This document shows, piece after piece, positions 8,707-17,800 of a stretch of DNA of 64,000 nucleotides. This stretch comes from a virus (Duplodnaviria > Caudoviricetes), in the IMG/VR virus record IMGVR_UViG_2030936005_000025, positions 64,001 through 128,000 of that record, one strand, 5' to 3'. Numbering within the stretch: position 1 is the first letter of the stretch; every line of letters begins with the position of its first letter. The notes under the pieces were generated by a model. The model saw only the letters and a program-made list of their open reading frames with translations, made no database searches and was not told the DNA's origin. The position numbers were made by a program, and so were the translations under genes.

Positions 8707-8788
8707 GGTACACCTCCAATTTTTGTACTCCTATTATGGTGGGTTAACTGAAATAAAACTCCTGAGTTTTACCCCAGGAGTAAATGGA

Positions 8789-9400
8789 CTAACTAAAGAG
8801 ACGAGGAATTTCTTTCTCGAAATCAAACGGTTCAGCAAAGGTAGAAGTATACTCTACTACTTCGCGACGTTTAATGACGTTACCTTCTGGCACACCATCA
8901 CGGAAAGGATGTTCATAACAGTCCAGTACGCGTACCACTTTGGTCGTATAGTAACTGTCGTATTTACGGAACACCTGATAAAGTGCACCATCACTTAGAC
9001 GACGGAACTCCCAGATTTGTTTTCCATTAAGGAACACAGGGATCTGTTTGAAGTCACTGACATCAGCACGAGTTGATGTCTCACCCAGGCGATGAAGAAC
9101 AGCCCAGAGACGATCTGTTTCAGTGTGATGCGGGGCACTGACTTTGCCAAAAGTACCCAACTGTATCTGACGGGCATGTTCCATCAGGATGTAGAACAGA
9201 GAAGATTCACAGTTAGGATGTTTACGATCGGTGATAGTGATCTCGGTTTCGTTATTATTCAAAGAAACGATAGAACCAAACTCTTCGGTTTTACCCATCG
9301 GTATTCCACGATCGATTTCACGGTGTGTGACCGTAACATCGATAACCAGTGAATTACCTTCGGTGATCTTCCACTCACGATAGCCCGTTACGATATTCAT
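8789..9400 (-). CDS. Hypothetical protein, 203 aa
   Basis: ORF track; 4-nt overlap with upstream gene. Confidence 0.7.
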   Translation of the reverse strand: MNIVTGYREWKITEGNSLVIDVTVTHREIDRGIPMGKTEEFGSIVSLNNNETEITITDRKHPNCESSLFYILMEHARQIQLGTFGKVSAPHHTETDRLWAVLHRLGETSTRADVSDFKQIPVFLNGKQIWEFRRLSDGALYQVFRKYDSYYTTKVVRVLDCYEHPFRDGVPEGNVIKRREVVEYTSTFAEPFDFEKEIPRLFS

Positions 9401-9720
9401 TTAAACAGTCCTTGTGCCTGACCCTGCATTGCTTTCATTACACCACCATCCTGCAACTTACCCATAACCATCACGAAAGTATCGCGATTGCTACCCAGGT
9501 AGTTGTTTTTGATAAGGGAGAGATTGAAGGCCCCCTGGATACGTGAAACCAAAGGACCGATCTGATCGTGATCCATGATCATTTCGATCGAGTGGGTTTT
9601 GATATCAGAAACAAAGAAGTTATCTTGCTCGCCAAGATCAGAGATGACGTCTTCAATCTTCTCTTTCATCTTTTCAAGAATACCACCACGAACAACAAGA
9701 ATAAACTTAAACATAACCAA
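9397..9720 (-). CDS. Hypothetical protein, 107 aa
   Basis: ORF track, operon context. Confidence 0.65.
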   Translation of the reverse strand: MVMFKFILVVRGGILEKMKEKIEDVISDLGEQDNFFVSDIKTHSIEMIMDHDQIGPLVSRIQGAFNLSLIKNNYLGSNRDTFVMVMGKLQDGGVMKAMQGQAQGLFK

Positions 9721-9723
9721 TCC

Positions 9724-10164
9724 TTAATTAGTCTTAGTAAAGTTAAAGGATGCACCGAAAATACAGCTGATTAGATTTAATCTGTCATCCATCCACGCAA
9801 GACGATGAGTAAATCCAGCCGCATTGATTTCGACCGACATGCAGAATGAGAATACTTCTGGCAATGGAAGACCAAGAGCTTTGTAGTCAATCTCAGGAAG
9901 TTTGAACTTCGAGATAGTTTCTTCACTCATGACCAACAAGTAAGGGACTTCAAAAGACACCTCTACTCTATTACGATCATCAGAGCTGATATCACACTGC
10001 ATATAAGGAGCCAGTGCATCACTACCGACTAAGACAACGCTGTTATCTTTGTCTCTTATCTCAAATGCGATTTGATTGAGATGAACGCGAAGGTCTCTGC
10101 GCCGGAGTCCAATGAAAACATTGTTCTCAAGGTAATCCACATTAACCTTTTCATTGTCACTCAT
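9724..10164 (-). CDS. Hypothetical protein (start revised to MSDNEK at 10164)
   Basis: GGGGA RBS upstream of the ATG at 10164. Confidence 0.7.
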   Translation of the reverse strand: MSDNEKVNVDYLENNVFIGLRRRDLRVHLNQIAFEIRDKDNSVVLVGSDALAPYMQCDISSDDRNRVEVSFEVPYLLVMSEETISKFKLPEIDYKALGLPLPEVFSFCMSVEINAAGFTHRLAWMDDRLNLISCIFGASFNFTKTN

Positions 10165-10184
10165 TTCTTTCCCCACAAAAGAAA

Positions 10185-10204
10185 ACCGACCCTTTCGAGT
10201 CGGT
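10185..10204 (-). terminator. Terminator of ligA
   Basis: Minus strand accgactc-gaaa-gggtcggt followed by tttctttt. Confidence 0.7.
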
Positions 10205-10210
10205 GTGATG

Positions 10211-12178
10211 TTAGTTAGACAAGACCGCGATCATGCCTTTGAGATTATCCAGAGAACGGATATCAATCACCGGGATGTTGTACTTCTTCGCTTTCTCGAT
10301 TTTGCTGGCAGAAGGTTTCTCACCGATCATCAGGACTTTACAACTTTTGGTGACTTTATCGCTGAGTACGAAACCGGCTTCTCCCAACTTGTCAGTCAGC
10401 ATGTTTCTCGGCATCGCCACCCAACCACCGGAGATCGCAACTGGAATACCATCCAGGGACGGTGTCCGTTCAAGAGTAAAGTCATAGTGACTCAGGAAAT
10501 TGGTGATCTCATCCTGATTCTTGAGAACATGATTCCCAATCACTAAACCATCCAGTCCAAACAGATCGCTCAGGAACGTTGCATCAGACATCAGTGCAAT
10601 CAGTTCTTCTAAGTTATAGAAGTGGGTCCCTTCGTTGTTACGATTGGTGCCAGCATGGTTACTGATCTCAATCGCACGGACTTTACCCAGGCCTGGAATA
10701 CCGAGTGCGCATAACCAACGATGCAGATCAAAGCTGTTGAGGTCTTTAATCTGAGCAATGATGGATTCTGCCACACCACGATGGATACCTGAATTAATCA
10801 GATCGTCTTCTGTCAGTTTGAACAGGTCAGATGGATTAGAGAGGAAACCGTTATCCAGCAGACTTTGAATCCCTGCTTCACCCAGCCCTTTAATATCCAA
10901 TCCGTCTTTACGATCAACCAAACGAATAAGCTGACGCACTAACTGACCATCACAAGCTTGGTTATTACAGAAGGCCGTACCGGCTTCTTGATCCAGCGTG
11001 ACCATTTCCTGACAGAAAGGACATTGGTCAGGATACTTCAGACGCTCGCCATTACCCGCAGAGATCAGACCCACCATGCGTGGAATAATCTCGTTGGCTT
11101 TAATGACTTGAATCTTCGAGCCAATTGCCAGACCTTTATCAAAGTAACTCTGTGCATAATCGAGCTTAGCACGAGATAAGCTGGTTCCGTTATACTTCAC
11201 CGGTTTAAACAGAAGAGTGCCGATTAACTGACCAATCATAGACAACGACCAATCAATACCGGTGACTTCGGTTTCCATGTGAATACTTGGGAACTTATAA
11301 CACGTTGCATAAGTCCAGTACTCACCACCCTGAGGAACGTCCCAGGCACGCAGGTCATTGTTCTTTGCAACCAGACCATCAATCGGGTATTCAAGTTTAG
11401 GCGCACTTGGTAAATCCAAGAACTCCTGAAGCATCCCACCATCAACCAGCATCGGTACGTCGAAGCCGATATCGGTGAAGTGATTGCGCAGTTCCAGATA
11501 CGTGGCAAAATCTGCACGCACATTTGCGCTCGCACTGTAGACTTTGAAATAGATCGGGAGATCCTTATCGCGGTCTGTGGCTTGGTGACGCTTCATTAAA
11601 CCTGATACAGTAGAACGTGGATCAGTTTCTTCTTTATCCAGCTCATGCTTGGCGACATAACTGTCAAAGTCTTTGAACAAACAGAATGCTTCACCTGTGT
11701 ATTCAGTACGACCTTTGTTTACATCACCAGGAATATGGTCTGGAACATTATGTAGCAGGTGTCGGCGATGTGAGAGATCGGCACCATTGGTACGATCACC
11801 CCGAGTATGAATCCGAGCAAGATCCCCATCCACATAGATAATGCGGAGCGCCATGCCATCGAGTTTGTCCTCATGAACCGCGTTAGATTCGGTTTTCTCT
11901 TTTACCCAATCCAAGTAGTCGTCCTTTTTCTTCTTCTTACTGACAGAAAGCATCGGTTCAACTATTGGGACCAATTCCATTGAGGGATCAGGTGCAACGA
12001 AACCCTGTCCGTAAGTTGTGGTGTACTCAGGACGCGCTTCACGAAGTCTACGGTACTCGCTAGAGAGTTCTTCGTATTGATCGTCACTAATCTGTGGCTT
12101 GTCCATCTCGAAATAAAGATAGTCATGATATTTCAATTGACCTTCTAATTCAAGAAGGCGCTTGATTACATCTGGCAT
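10211..12178 (-). CDS. ligA: NAD+-dependent DNA ligase
   Basis: Domain Ia (HDYLYFEMDKPQISDDQYE), motif I EDKLDG, TRGD, IDGLVAK, YKFP, EIIP, Cys4 zinc finger (CPFC...C...C), HhH repeats, BRCT. Confidence 0.95.
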   Translation of the reverse strand: MPDVIKRLLELEGQLKYHDYLYFEMDKPQISDDQYEELSSEYRRLREARPEYTTTYGQGFVAPDPSMELVPIVEPMLSVSKKKKKDDYLDWVKEKTESNAVHEDKLDGMALRIIYVDGDLARIHTRGDRTNGADLSHRRHLLHNVPDHIPGDVNKGRTEYTGEAFCLFKDFDSYVAKHELDKEETDPRSTVSGLMKRHQATDRDKDLPIYFKVYSASANVRADFATYLELRNHFTDIGFDVPMLVDGGMLQEFLDLPSAPKLEYPIDGLVAKNNDLRAWDVPQGGEYWTYATCYKFPSIHMETEVTGIDWSLSMIGQLIGTLLFKPVKYNGTSLSRAKLDYAQSYFDKGLAIGSKIQVIKANEIIPRMVGLISAGNGERLKYPDQCPFCQEMVTLDQEAGTAFCNNQACDGQLVRQLIRLVDRKDGLDIKGLGEAGIQSLLDNGFLSNPSDLFKLTEDDLINSGIHRGVAESIIAQIKDLNSFDLHRWLCALGIPGLGKVRAIEISNHAGTNRNNEGTHFYNLEELIALMSDATFLSDLFGLDGLVIGNHVLKNQDEITNFLSHYDFTLERTPSLDGIPVAISGGWVAMPRNMLTDKLGEAGFVLSDKVTKSCKVLMIGEKPSASKIEKAKKYNIPVIDIRSLDNLKGMIAVLSN

Positions 12179-12249
12179 AATTACCTCTGGTTAAAATAGA
12201 GTGTCTTAATATAAGACATTCCCTGATTTATTAATAAACGGCAAAGGAC

Positions 12250-12281
12250 TAACTTGAGATGGCGTTACCCATCTCAAGTTA
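12250..12281 (-). terminator. 13-bp stem hairpin
   Basis: taacttgagatgg-cgttac-ccatctcaagtta after the 12289 stop. Confidence 0.7.
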
Positions 12282-12288
12282 AGTTAAG

Positions 12289-12564
12289 TTACATAGCAGC
12301 CAAAATGTTTGCAACCGAAGTCTCAGTAGATACATTGTTATCCGTCAGAGTATAACCGATCAAACTACCATCGTCTCCGAAAGTCAGAAACGCTTTAACT
12401 GCACCAGCAAAGCTGATTGTGCCAGTACGACCGCCAACTGGGTCATTCTGAATATCAACAATTGCATTGACGCCGCCGATAGATTGATCGAAACCCATAG
12501 ATGGAGTCAGAACAAGAGACAGCGGGTCGCAGATACAAGGGATACTGCGGGGGTTCATAAACAT
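12289..12564 (-). CDS. Hypothetical protein, 91 aa
   Basis: GAGGA RBS, terminator downstream. Confidence 0.65.
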   Translation of the reverse strand: MFMNPRSIPCICDPLSLVLTPSMGFDQSIGGVNAIVDIQNDPVGGRTGTISFAGAVKAFLTFGDDGSLIGYTLTDNNVSTETSVANILAAM

Positions 12565-12630
12565 GAGTTCTTCCTCAAATTAAAAATGTGTTCCTTTCAA
12601 AACATCAATGCGTGCGTCAAAATTAACTTT

Positions 12631-13413
12631 TTAAGATCCCCAACCGACAAATTGTGCGGTGTTGGCTTGTGCTGCAATCAGCTTCTCATCACCATTAAAG
12701 TAATCAGGTTGAGTTACTTTTGGTTGTTGGGCTGTCTTATAGCTTTTAATCTGATCAACGTAAGCTGCTCGCTCTCGTTCGACGATGGTGTTCATATAGG
12801 TACGGAATTCGCGAGCCGTTCGGACTTTGCCGTTAGGTTTGACGAAGAGTCCCCAGTTACCTTTAGAAATCTTCACAAGTCGATTCATTGGCGTGTTGCT
12901 GTTACTGTTGATAACCCTGACGGCCATATCACGCCCTAGGAAGTGGGTCATGTATTGGTCACCAAGTTTAACTTGGGATTCGGTTAAGTGAGTGCGTTCA
13001 ACAAGATATCGTTTAGAATCTAGAAGACTGGCGGCACCAATGAGTAGACTGGCTCGTGCATTCATTCGTGATGCGTTCGAGGAAAGTCCGACTTGACTAT
13101 GGTAGGCTTTGCGGTCTGCTGCCCAAGTACCTTTGGTATGTCCTAACATACCGGAGGCTGATGAGTGTTTACTTTGTGCACCCGATTTTAAATCTGATTC
13201 GATACTCGCAATGGCGGTTAAATCGCCCATGTCCATACCGGTTGTTTTAGAAGCATAATAGAGATCAGCTTTAACCTTGTTAAAACGCTCCGACATTACT
13301 TTCTTTGTGTAGTCAGTTGGATTAGCGCCAACTGAAGCATGCGCAACGGAAAGACTTCCTACAAAGACCAGCACCATTGCCAGCATAATAGAAAGGATAT
13401 TTGTGGATTTCAT
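12631..13413 (-). CDS. Lytic transglycosylase (SLT, phiKZ gp144-like catalytic domain) with N-terminal signal peptide
   Basis: ASKTTGMDMGDLTAIASIES (catalytic Glu), SSASG..GTW, YMTHFLG; N-terminus MKSTNILSIMLAMVLVFVGSLSVAHA with AHA cleavage site. Confidence 0.75.
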   Translation of the reverse strand: MKSTNILSIMLAMVLVFVGSLSVAHASVGANPTDYTKKVMSERFNKVKADLYYASKTTGMDMGDLTAIASIESDLKSGAQSKHSSASGMLGHTKGTWAADRKAYHSQVGLSSNASRMNARASLLIGAASLLDSKRYLVERTHLTESQVKLGDQYMTHFLGRDMAVRVINSNSNTPMNRLVKISKGNWGLFVKPNGKVRTAREFRTYMNTIVERERAAYVDQIKSYKTAQQPKVTQPDYFNGDEKLIAAQANTAQFVGWGS

Positions 13414-13471
13414 TTTAGTACCTATTGGTTTAAAGTGTAGTGAAAAGAATATTATTTTTCTTTTACATTTC

Positions 13472-13489
13472 GATAATATCTGCCTAAAA
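13472..13489 (-). promoter_or_regulatory. Putative phage promoter motif, copy 2
   Basis: gataatatctgcctaaaa, about 60 nt upstream of the transglycosylase start. Confidence 0.55.
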
Positions 13490-13561
13490 AGATATACGTT
13501 GATAATTTCTATACATCGGTATTATCCGATATATAAATGCCGTGTTTAGCAAAGGATTAAA

Positions 13562-13589
13562 AGTCCCCTAGAGTTTCCTCTAAGAGACT
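13562..13589 (-). terminator. Terminator with GAAA loop
   Basis: Minus strand agtctcttagag-gaaa-ctctaggggact. Confidence 0.6.
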
Positions 13590-13604
13590 CATCCATTTTT
13601 ATTA

Positions 13605-14216
13605 TTATGCTACGATTTCACGGCGATAGGTCTGTACCACTTCCTGTGGTTTATTTTTGAACAGGGACACAGTAGAACGAGAGTCTTTGTGTTTCATGTC
13701 CAGTGTGATGCCCAGAATCTGCGGTTTATCATTGTCGTAATTCCCCACGGTGGAGAATTCTAAACAACGTGTACCGCGAGCATAATTCAACTTCAATTCA
13801 ATCTCTAAGAGATCAGGGTAGTTAGGACCGAGACCCTTGGTACCCGTTTGAGTATGGATGATGGAACGAGAAGGAATGCTTAATGTCCCGTTGAAGCCCC
13901 AGTTCGCTGCATCCAGTTTCTCAAGCTTGATACGATGATAAACACGGAACTGATCCCAATACCCTTCATAGTGCATGTGGAACAGGATGTCGTCCAGGTA
14001 GAAGTGATCCAGATCGATCTCTTCCGTTACCGACATATAACGTTCTTTAGGGCGGCACAACTCAACCAGGTTAGGAACCTTTCCTGGTTTGATGTATCCA
14101 GAAGAATAACCGCCAGCGGTGTAGTCAGGATCGATGATGTGCCAGGTATCAAAGATGGCCGGATCTACAAACAGGTGACGTGATTCTGCTGACGCGATTG
14201 GATAAAGTGCTTCCAT
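13605..14216 (-). CDS. Hypothetical protein, 203 aa
   Basis: AAGGT RBS, terminator downstream. Confidence 0.75.
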   Translation of the reverse strand: MEALYPIASAESRHLFVDPAIFDTWHIIDPDYTAGGYSSGYIKPGKVPNLVELCRPKERYMSVTEEIDLDHFYLDDILFHMHYEGYWDQFRVYHRIKLEKLDAANWGFNGTLSIPSRSIIHTQTGTKGLGPNYPDLLEIELKLNYARGTRCLEFSTVGNYDNDKPQILGITLDMKHKDSRSTVSLFKNKPQEVVQTYRREIVA

Positions 14217-14262
14217 TGTAATACCTTTGAGTAAAGTAAAGAGGGGAGAACTCTCCCCTAAA

Positions 14263-16752
14263 TTAACGAATTACGCTGTTCTCGTTGACAGCAAATCCAA
14301 CACGAATACCTTCGATGTTCAACGCGATGATGTTGGCAGCAAAGTTACCCGCATACTCTTTGTAGTTATGGGAGATCATAAAGGTCTGCGGTAATTTATC
14401 CAGTCGAGTCTGTTCTGCGATATACGCAAAGAACCGACCACGGTGAAGTTCATCAAACGCAACCCCTACCTCGTCCATCATCAATGGCAATGGACAACGT
14501 TCACCCAAATAACGACGTAAGACCAAACGGAAAGCAAAGTTAATAATCTCACGTTCACCACCAGAGCCATCGCCAATATCTTTACTGGCTTTGTTTTCAG
14601 ACCCGGAGATAAGTGGGAAGTTATAACTTAATTCAACATCTTCCTCAGACTTACTGGTTGAGCAGTTCAATACTGACAAACGGTTAGTCCAGATAGGTTG
14701 AATAATCGCATTCACGTTTGCGACCACTGATTTCAAGAAGTCATTCATTAGATAACCAATCAACCCTTTTACCGGTGACAGACCGTCTAATAAAAGCTGT
14801 GTGTGTTTCTCACGTTTCTCTAAATCAGCGATGTTGTCTTTGATAGATTGAATAACTGAATGCAAAGACTCAGCACGGATTAAGTTCGAGATAAGTTGTT
14901 CTTTACGTGGCGTCAGATCGTTAATGATATCTTCCACGCGAAGCTTAATCTTGAATTGCCCGTTACGATGCAAACGGTCAGATAATTCTTCCATCAGAAT
15001 AGCGAGACGATCACGTCGTTGTTCATCTTCCACAATGGCTTCCATTTGAACACGGATACCACTGAGTTTATCAAGAACACGGCGAACAGATCGTTGTGTA
15101 GCTGCTAACTCACGTTCAACGTACTCCGCACGTTTAAACAGTGTTTCGACGTCAGAGCTTTCCAAGAAAGTGATTTGCTTTTCAACAGATTCTTTTTCTT
15201 CATCCAGAACAGCTAATGTCTCTTTTACATTGCTGTATTCCATGGTGTCCTGCACCAGACTGATCAACACGTTAATATCACGTTTACCAATTCCATAGTT
15301 ACGAATCAACGTGTTATAGATCTGTGGAATATCTGACGCTTGTGAGAAACGCAACATATCCATCATCGAATCATACCAACCCTGGTTGTCCTCGATGTAA
15401 CTGGTGTACTCGGCAATCTTACTCTTCAGGTCTTGGCGTCTTACTGTGAAGTCCTGAGCCTGTTGGGTAAGTTGGTTAACATTGATTTCAGTGAAACCCG
15501 GTTTAAATCGAGTTTGGCATTTAGGACAGTCCACGGCATCGGCACGATTATAGTGTTCTAGCGTGTGATCGATCTCAGTGATCTTTCTTTTGAGGTTATC
15601 CGACTCATGAGTGACGGATACTAACTTCTGCTGAACTTCTTTAAACTTAGCCGACGTAATCTCTGGATCCACTGCACGGTTCACAGAACGAATCTGATAG
15701 ATGAAGTTACTGGCACGGTTAACGAAGTAAGCAAAGTCTCTGACGTCACTTGGTTGTGGGACAAAGTCAGGATGATCAGCGAAACGTTTGGTGAGATAAT
15801 CAAAACGGGTTTGGTTATCTTCGCGTTGAGTTAACAAGTTAGTTAAACGTAACTTGTAACTATCCAAGTTAGACCCTGTTTCACCTAAGCCTGCTAGTTG
15901 ACCTGCGAACTCTGTTAACATCGTGGAGAAACGAATCTCACGCGCTTTGTGATAATCCAATGTTCCTGTCAGGTTCTCTTTCTGTTGAAGCAGAACAGAC
16001 ATCGGTTGTTTCACCACACTCGAGCTACCGATCAAGAATGAGGTAATGTTGCCAATCTCATCTTTGAGTGGAGCAATACTTTCGTGGTTGATGTGTTGCA
16101 GTTCACCGTGAATGATTAACGCGTTCTTAATCTGTCCATCCAGCGTTCTGATTTCATCTTGCAGTTTAGCAGCATCCAAAGCAGCTAATTGTGCTAAACG
16201 ACCTTCCTCAACCACCAAACGTTGACGCTGTGTCTTCAACCCACCTTTAATCGCGTTGTGGTTCGATTTAAGCTTATCAAACATCTTCAAGGCGTAACTG
16301 GTGTCATTTGGGTTGATTGCCATCAGAAGCTCTTTACGGCGTGCTGATGAGAGAGTGGTAAATAAATCCCTGACATCCAAACCGGTCACAAAGTTTTTGA
16401 TGTTTTGTGTAATGCCGAAATGCAGCTTCACTAACTCACGTTGAGATAAGAGTGTATTTCCTTCATTCAGGTTTTTACCGTTGTGAATGAAATGATGCTC
16501 TGATGATTTCCCCGTGGATGATTTGAGGATATAAGTATCTTTGCCCGTGACAATATGGACTTCCTTATATCCGCCCGGTTCATAATCCGCGTTGTCTGGC
16601 GGAAATGGTGTAAGCTCACGCATTAGTGAGGTCTTACCAAATCCATTACGCCCCAGAATAATGTTGAACATATCTTTAGTCGTTAATTCGACATAAGTAA
16701 CATTCTTCTTAAACAGCGGGGTATAATTCTTTAGAATCAATTTGGTTATCAT
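14263..16752 (-). CDS. sbcC: SbcC/Rad50-like SMC ATPase
   Basis: Walker A GRNGFGKT, long coiled coils, zinc hook CPKC, signature GSGGE, Walker B MMDEVG, H-loop ISHN. Confidence 0.9.
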   Translation of the reverse strand: MITKLILKNYTPLFKKNVTYVELTTKDMFNIILGRNGFGKTSLMRELTPFPPDNADYEPGGYKEVHIVTGKDTYILKSSTGKSSEHHFIHNGKNLNEGNTLLSQRELVKLHFGITQNIKNFVTGLDVRDLFTTLSSARRKELLMAINPNDTSYALKMFDKLKSNHNAIKGGLKTQRQRLVVEEGRLAQLAALDAAKLQDEIRTLDGQIKNALIIHGELQHINHESIAPLKDEIGNITSFLIGSSSVVKQPMSVLLQQKENLTGTLDYHKAREIRFSTMLTEFAGQLAGLGETGSNLDSYKLRLTNLLTQREDNQTRFDYLTKRFADHPDFVPQPSDVRDFAYFVNRASNFIYQIRSVNRAVDPEITSAKFKEVQQKLVSVTHESDNLKRKITEIDHTLEHYNRADAVDCPKCQTRFKPGFTEINVNQLTQQAQDFTVRRQDLKSKIAEYTSYIEDNQGWYDSMMDMLRFSQASDIPQIYNTLIRNYGIGKRDINVLISLVQDTMEYSNVKETLAVLDEEKESVEKQITFLESSDVETLFKRAEYVERELAATQRSVRRVLDKLSGIRVQMEAIVEDEQRRDRLAILMEELSDRLHRNGQFKIKLRVEDIINDLTPRKEQLISNLIRAESLHSVIQSIKDNIADLEKREKHTQLLLDGLSPVKGLIGYLMNDFLKSVVANVNAIIQPIWTNRLSVLNCSTSKSEEDVELSYNFPLISGSENKASKDIGDGSGGEREIINFAFRLVLRRYLGERCPLPLMMDEVGVAFDELHRGRFFAYIAEQTRLDKLPQTFMISHNYKEYAGNFAANIIALNIEGIRVGFAVNENSVIR

Positions 16753-16772
16753 AATACCCTCAAAGGTCTAAT

Positions 16773-17753
16773 ATGAATATTCTTGAGTGCTTCGGGGTTG
16801 GTACTGTCGCTATGGACAAAGAGACCAACTCCGATGAAATACAGGTACACGTTAAGTCACTGTTTCCTGAAACGGATGGTGAAGTTCAAACCACAGCAGA
16901 AACTAAAACTGTAACTACACAAACACCCACAGGTGATACTAACTCCAGTACTACTTTACAAACTAACACCATCTCAGCGAAATGGATGGGGGTTAACACC
17001 AATCGTATCACGCCACCTGATGTGCGCGTCGGTAGTAAAGTAGTAATCTATAAATTCCAGGGTCAGAATACTTATCGTTGGACATACTTCGGGATGGACG
17101 GAACTTTACGTCTGGAAACGATAATCTGGGCGTTCTCTGCTTCTCCTAATGTCAATGAAAACTCTCCGGTTAACAAAGACAACTATTACATGTTCTTCCT
17201 CAGCACCCATCAGAAAAAGATTCAGCTGATTACAGGACAAGGTAATGGTGAACCAACCAGTTATGTCCTGGAGTTGAATACAGGCACTGGGCAGTTCAGT
17301 ATTGTGGATGGTGAGGAGAATGTGATTTCATTGAACTCGATGGAGCATGCTTTCTCTTACTTGAATGCCGAGAAGACATACTTTAACTTCATGAAGAAGA
17401 ACATCACGCTGTCTTGTGAAGATACCTTGATCTTGAAAGCTGCTGAGAAGATTCTGATGCAGTGTAAAGAACTGGTGTTGAAAGCCACTACGTCGATCAA
17501 CGTGGAAACACAAACCACAACGTGGAAGTCACCGAAGTTTAATCTTGAGGGTGATGTTACCCACAAAGGTAACTATACTCAGACGGGCAACTATACCCAA
17601 ACGGGTAACACTGAAATTACCGGCGCATTCAGTCAGTCTGGCGGTGCAGGTAATGTATCTGGTGGTTGGAAAATTGACAACGTCACTTACATTGGACACT
17701 TCCATAAAGGTGTTCAGAGTGGTGGTGCTCAAACAGACGGTCTTGCTGGATAA
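16773..17753 (+). CDS. Baseplate central spike protein (gpV/gp5-like) with HxH apex
   Basis: N-terminal OB-fold-like region (PPDVRVGSKVVIY), beta-helix repeats GNYTQTGNYTQTGN, C-terminal YIGHFHKGVQSGG. Confidence 0.75.
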   Translation: MNILECFGVGTVAMDKETNSDEIQVHVKSLFPETDGEVQTTAETKTVTTQTPTGDTNSSTTLQTNTISAKWMGVNTNRITPPDVRVGSKVVIYKFQGQNTYRWTYFGMDGTLRLETIIWAFSASPNVNENSPVNKDNYYMFFLSTHQKKIQLITGQGNGEPTSYVLELNTGTGQFSIVDGEENVISLNSMEHAFSYLNAEKTYFNFMKKNITLSCEDTLILKAAEKILMQCKELVLKATTSINVETQTTTWKSPKFNLEGDVTHKGNYTQTGNYTQTGNTEITGAFSQSGGAGNVSGGWKIDNVTYIGHFHKGVQSGGAQTDGLAG

Positions 17754-17762
17754 CAAATATAA

Positions 17763-17792
17763 CTCCTACTTCCCCAATTGGGGAAGTAGGAG
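17763..17792. terminator. Bidirectional terminator between convergent spike and fibre genes
   Basis: ctcctacttcccca-at-tggggaagtaggag. Confidence 0.75.
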
Positions 17793-17800
17793 AGTATGAC

